The translations under genes and the position numbers were made by a program. A DNA stretch of 64,000 nucleotides from Squalus acanthias (lineage: Eukaryota): positions 147,748,001-147,812,000 of the forward strand of contig CM059432.1 in assembly GCA_030390025.1 (NCBI GenBank), given 5' to 3'. A model generated the notes under the pieces. The model ran no database searches. It saw only the letters and a list, made by a program, of their open reading frames with translations, and was not told the origin of the DNA. The stretch's first letter is position 1, and the number at the start of each line of letters is the position of its first letter. Below, piece by piece: positions 61,761 through 64,000 of the stretch.

Positions 61761-63269
61761 TGACTTCAGTTTTACTAGGGCTCCTTGATGCCACACTTGG
61801 TCAAATGCTGCCTTGATGTCAAGAGCAGTCACTCTCACCTCACCTCTGGAATTCAGCTCTTTTGGCCAATGTTGGACCAAGGCTGTAATGAGGTCGGGAG
61901 CGAGTGGTCCTGGCGGAACCCAGACAGGGCATCAGTGAGCAGGTGCCGCTTGATAGCACTGTCAATGACACCTTCCATCACTTTGCTGATGATTGAGAAT
62001 AGACTGATGGGGCGGTAATTGGCCGGATTGGATTTGTCCTGCTTTTTGTGGACAGGACATACCTGGGCAATTTTCCACATTGTCAGATAGATGCCAGTGT
62101 GTTGTAGCTTTACTGGAACAGCTTGGCTGGAGGCGCGACTAGTTCTGGAGCACAGGTCTTCAGCACAACAGCCGGGATGTTGTCAGGGCCCATAGCCTTT
62201 GCTGTATCCAGTGCGCTCAGCCGTTTCTTGATAACACATGGAGTGAATCAAATTGGCTGAAGACTGGCTTCTGTGGTGGTGGGGACCTCAGGAGGAGGCT
62301 GATATGGATCATCCACCCAGCACTTCTGGCTGAAGATGGTTGCAAACGCTTCAGCCTTGTCTTTTGCACTCACGTGCTTGGCACCACCATCATTGAGGAT
62401 GGGAATATTCATGGAGCTTCCTCCTCCTGTTAGTTGTTTAATTGTCCACCACCATTCATGACTGGATGTGGCAGGACTGCAGAGCTTTGATCTGATCCAT
62501 TGATTGTGAGATCACTTAGCCCTGTCTATAGCATGCTGCTTCCGCTTTTTAGCATGCATATAGTCCTGTGTTGCAGCTTCCCCAGGTTGGGACCTCATTT
62601 TTAGGTACGCCTGGTGCTGTTCCTGGCATGCTCTTCTACACTCCTTATGGAACCAGGGTTGGTCCCCTGGCTTGATGGTAATGGTAGAGTGAGGGATATG
62701 CCAGGCCATGGATACAGATTGTGGTGGAATACAATGCTGCTGCCCCACAGTTGCCTAGTTTTGAGCTGCTAGATCTGTTCTGAATCTATCACATTTAGCA
62801 CGGTGATAGTGCCACACAACACGATGGAGGGTGTCCTCAGTGTGAAGACAATGACTGCGCATTGGTGACTGCTACCAATACTGTCAAGTAGGTTTTTCCC
62901 CTCGTGTTGGTTCTCTCACCACCTGTCACAGGCCCAGGCTGGCAGCTATGCCCTTCAGGACTCGGACAGTAGTGGTGCTACATTGAAGTCCCCCACCCAG
63001 AGTACATTCTGTGCCCTTGCTACTCTCAGTGCTTCTTCCAAGTGGTGTTCAACATGGAGGAGTACTGATTCATCAGCTGAGGGAGGGCAATAATCAGCAG
63101 GAGGTTTCTTGCCCATAAGCCTTCATGGGGTCCGAAGTCAATGTTGAGCTGTCTGTAGGACAGCTCTCCCAATTTTTGGCACAAGTCCTCAGATGTTGGT
63201 GAGGAGGACTATTGCAGGGTCAACAGGGCTGGGTGTGCCATTGCCATGTCTGTAGCCAGTTTGTTACAA

Positions 63270-63537
63270 CTGAGTGGTTTGCTAGGCCATTTCAGAGGGC
63301 AGTTAAGAGTCAACCACATTGCTGGGGTCTAGGAGTCACACACAGCAGATTTCCTTCCATGATGGCTTTTTACGACAATCCGATAGTTTCATGGTTATCA
63401 TTACTGATACTAGATTTATTTAATTAACTGAATTAATTAAATTCCCCAGCTGCCGTGGTGGAATTTGAACTCACGTCTCTGGATCATTAGTCCAGGCCTC
63501 TGGATTACTAGCCCTGTGACATTAGCACTATGCTACC
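63270..63537 (-). promoter_or_regulatory. tRNA-derived Pol III head plus SINE-like body
   Basis: A box TAGCATAGTG, B box GAGTTCAAATTCC. Confidence 0.7.
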
Positions 63538-63549
63538 GGCCCCGACTGG

Positions 63550-64000
63550 GTGGAGAGCTGCAAACGTTTCAATGATCTCATGAGATCAGGAAAGGTGAGT
63601 ACAAAGCCACACTCAGCTTCATCCTTCTGTGCCTCTCATCACATCCCCATCACTCTGCCTTCCCAACCCTACTCCTGCACATCCTTACACCAACTTACCT
63701 TGCACGTCCACCCATCCCTCTCTCTCTATCTACATACTCACATCCCCAACTGAAAAACCACCCCTCACACTCACCCTCATCCTAATGCAATCATACCAAC
63801 TAACAACACGCAAGGAGGCCACTTGGCATTTCCACCCCAATCCATTATAATCTCCCTCTAAAGATCTAACCCATCCATTCCTTACACTCATTCCATCACT
63901 CTCACTCAACCTCCTCTTCTTTCCCTCCTTGCAAGGAGAAGAGAGCCCACAATAAGAGAGGGAGAAAACTGGTGGTGGAACGCCATCACTGGCAACCCTG
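63550..64000 (+). pseudogene. Harbinger Myb gene: exon 1 end, intron, exon 2 start
   Basis: SCKRFNDLMRSGK|GTGAGT ... AG|EKRAHNK. Confidence 0.75.

Larger units (their letters stand above)
60310..63250 (-). mobile_element. Degraded EN-to-RT part of the 5290-type LINE, interrupted by a Penelope fragment and a CR1
   Basis: LLTNI*GLVPK, PGDQPWF, KSNPANYRPISL, GVPQGSV. Confidence 0.85.

Overview
Eukaryotic DNA with no convincing host gene, almost certainly from a cartilaginous fish (inferred from HE1-like V-SINEs, HER1/CR1 LINEs with (TTCTATGT/TTCTTATG)n tails and shark-type Penelope termini). Most of the window is nested transposable elements. It holds many CR1, L2 and other CR1-group LINE fragments, including one CR1 with an intact EN+RT ORF2 (39998-42904). 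It also holds PIF/Harbinger relics (HARBI1-like transposase plus a convergent, intron-containing Myb/SANT gene) and their MITEs, hAT and Tc1/mariner-type MITEs, a ~2.1 kb solo LTR, minisatellites, and one young intact Ty3/Gypsy element (33895-38373, 1316-aa gag-pol). The most notable signals are five. (1) The Gypsy element has no tRNA PBS but has an exact 11-nt LTR/PBS fold-back, suggesting Tf1-like self-priming in a chromodomain-less element; it also has a YLDN RT motif and a duplicated PPT/LTR start. (2) Two divergent CR1 LINEs both end ORF1 in T-TTA-AAC-TAA with ORF2 open in the -1 frame, a candidate programmed ribosomal frameshift. (3) Penelope termini carry minimal hammerhead ribozyme cores. 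(4) A tRNA-derived Pol III head is fused directly to a LINE endonuclease start. (5) A MITE family carries promoter motifs plus splice donors. All calls were made by eye; boundaries of degraded fragments are approximate.
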